Assembly: GCA_045106415.1 (NCBI GenBank) | Contig: JBGCEP010000035.1 | Location: 1 to 64,000, forward strand | DNA: 64,000 nt | From: Oligoflexales bacterium | Lineage (GTDB): Bacteria > Bdellovibrionota_B > Oligoflexia > Oligoflexales > Bog-1112 | Reading direction: 5' to 3' | In this document: one piece after another, positions 63,084-64,000 of the stretch | Position numbering within the stretch: the stretch's first letter is position 1 | How the letters are laid out: the number at the start of each line of letters is the position of its first letter | Notes under the pieces: model-generated | The model's input: only the letters and a program-made list of their open reading frames with translations | Told to the model about the DNA's origin: nothing | Databases searched by the model: none | Translations under genes and position numbers: made by a program

Positions 63084-63812
63084 TTACCTTTGAAAATTAG
63101 AACCGAGATAAGTTTCTTGCACAATCGGACTTGCGTAAATATCTTCAGGGCTACCTTCAGCTATGATTTTTCCAGCCGACAATACGTATGAACGATCACA
63201 ACTGCCAAGAGTTTCACGAACATTATGATCTGTGATTAGAATCCCCATCCCATCATCTCTTAAGTTTCGAATAATGTTTTGAATTTCCTGTACAGTGAGA
63301 GGGTCAACCCCAGCAAAAGGCTCGTCTAATAACAAAAACGAGGGGTTGATGATCAAGGAGCGAGCAATTTCCACGCGACGTCTTTCTCCACCGGATAATG
63401 CAGCGCCAAGGCTTTGTGCTACGTGTTCAATTTGGAATTTTTGCAGCAGGTCTTGCACACGAGGTTTTTGTTCAGATTTTGGAAGCCCAACGACTTGTGT
63501 GATGGCTAAAAGATTATCGTATACAGTAAGCTTTTTAAAAATAGAGCTATTTTGTGGGAGATAACTAATTCCGTGTTTTGCCCGTGTATGCATAGGAAGG
63601 CTTGTGAGGAGCTTGTCGCCTAAAGTGACCTTTCCTTGGTCGGGAAAAAGGAGCCCGACGACCATATAAAAACTAGTTGTTTTGCCAGCGCCATTTGGTC
63701 CAAGAAGGCCCACGACTTCACCCTCGTGAACATGAAAAGAGACGTGATTGACAACGGTGCGATTTTTAAACGTCTTGCATAATGAATGTGCTTCGAGTTT
63801 TGTTTGAGGCAT
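63084..63812 (-). CDS. lptB: LPS export ABC transporter ATPase
   Basis: GPNGAGKTT, LSGGERRRVEIAR, LLDEPFAGVDP, TDHNVRETL; start reassigned to ATG 63812. Confidence 0.96.
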   Translation of the reverse strand: MPQTKLEAHSLCKTFKNRTVVNHVSFHVHEGEVVGLLGPNGAGKTTSFYMVVGLLFPDQGKVTLGDKLLTSLPMHTRAKHGISYLPQNSSIFKKLTVYDNLLAITQVVGLPKSEQKPRVQDLLQKFQIEHVAQSLGAALSGGERRRVEIARSLIINPSFLLLDEPFAGVDPLTVQEIQNIIRNLRDDGMGILITDHNVRETLGSCDRSYVLSAGKIIAEGSPEDIYASPIVQETYLGSNFQR

Positions 63813-63813
63813 T

Positions 63814-64000
63814 TTATTTTGCCTTTTCTGTTGTATGGAGTTGTCCTTTAACCTTTTGGACTTTGATCCATCCTGTGTCCAGGTTGTACTGAATGACTTG
63901 CCCTTGAAGCATATCGTCGCCTCGCCATAGTTTTGCGTGACCACTCAGGGTTATGATGCGGTCTTGTTCGTGATATGTGAGCTCATCGCTGTGAGCGCGG
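63814..64000 (-). CDS. lptA: LptA/OstA-like protein, C-terminal part (truncated by window edge)
   Basis: Manual translation RAHSDELTYHEQDRIITLSGHAKLWRGDDMLQGQVIQYNLDTGWIKV...EKAK*; directly upstream of lptB; absent from the ORF track. Confidence 0.8.
   Translation of the reverse strand, partial: RAHSDELTYHEQDRIITLSGHAKLWRGDDMLQGQVIQYNLDTGWIKVQKVKGQLHTTEKAK

Noticed and set aside
63813..63944. 44-aa N-terminal extension of LptB in the ORF track (similar extensions on murC, tsaE, ALDH, fliC, the protease and the LysM protein)
   Set aside because: They overlap upstream genes or leaders; downstream starts with RBS or stop/start coupling fit better

Overview
Gene-dense bacterial chromosome segment, mostly core genes, with many overlapping start/stop codons. 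In order it holds atpAGDC, a reduced dcw cell-division/peptidoglycan cluster (rsmH-ftsL-ftsI-murEF-mraY-murD-ftsW-murC-ftsQAZ, with no mraZ, murG, murB or ddl), amgK-murU, an RpoH-like sigma factor, surface-glycan enzymes, M23-secA, rph, tilS-ftsH-folP-cdaA-cdaR-glmM-tsaE, two short tandem flagellins, a visibly AT-richer stretch of about 46-57 kb, gcvTH convergent with gcvP, and lptA(partial)-lptB-rpoN. Gene content and protein style suggest a Gram-negative Bdellovibrionota/Oligoflexia-like organism; this is inference only. I saw no rRNA, tRNA, CRISPR array or mobile element. The best candidates for undescribed biology are: (i) an overlapping operon of a GMC oxidoreductase, an N-terminally fused aldehyde dehydrogenase and a fold-III PLP aldolase-like enzyme, possibly for amino-alcohol or sphingoid-base catabolism; (ii) two small beta-barrel-like proteins coupled to a metzincin protease with a Cys-containing C-terminal sorting-like tail, preceded by a perfect 27-bp palindrome; (iii) a structured leader where mraZ normally sits; (iv) sigma28-like promoters upstream of flagellin, a Zn-ribbon-HDOD gene and a PocR-sigma54 activator; (v) an FtsK lacking its gamma domain. 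All calls come from reading motifs by eye, with no database searches.
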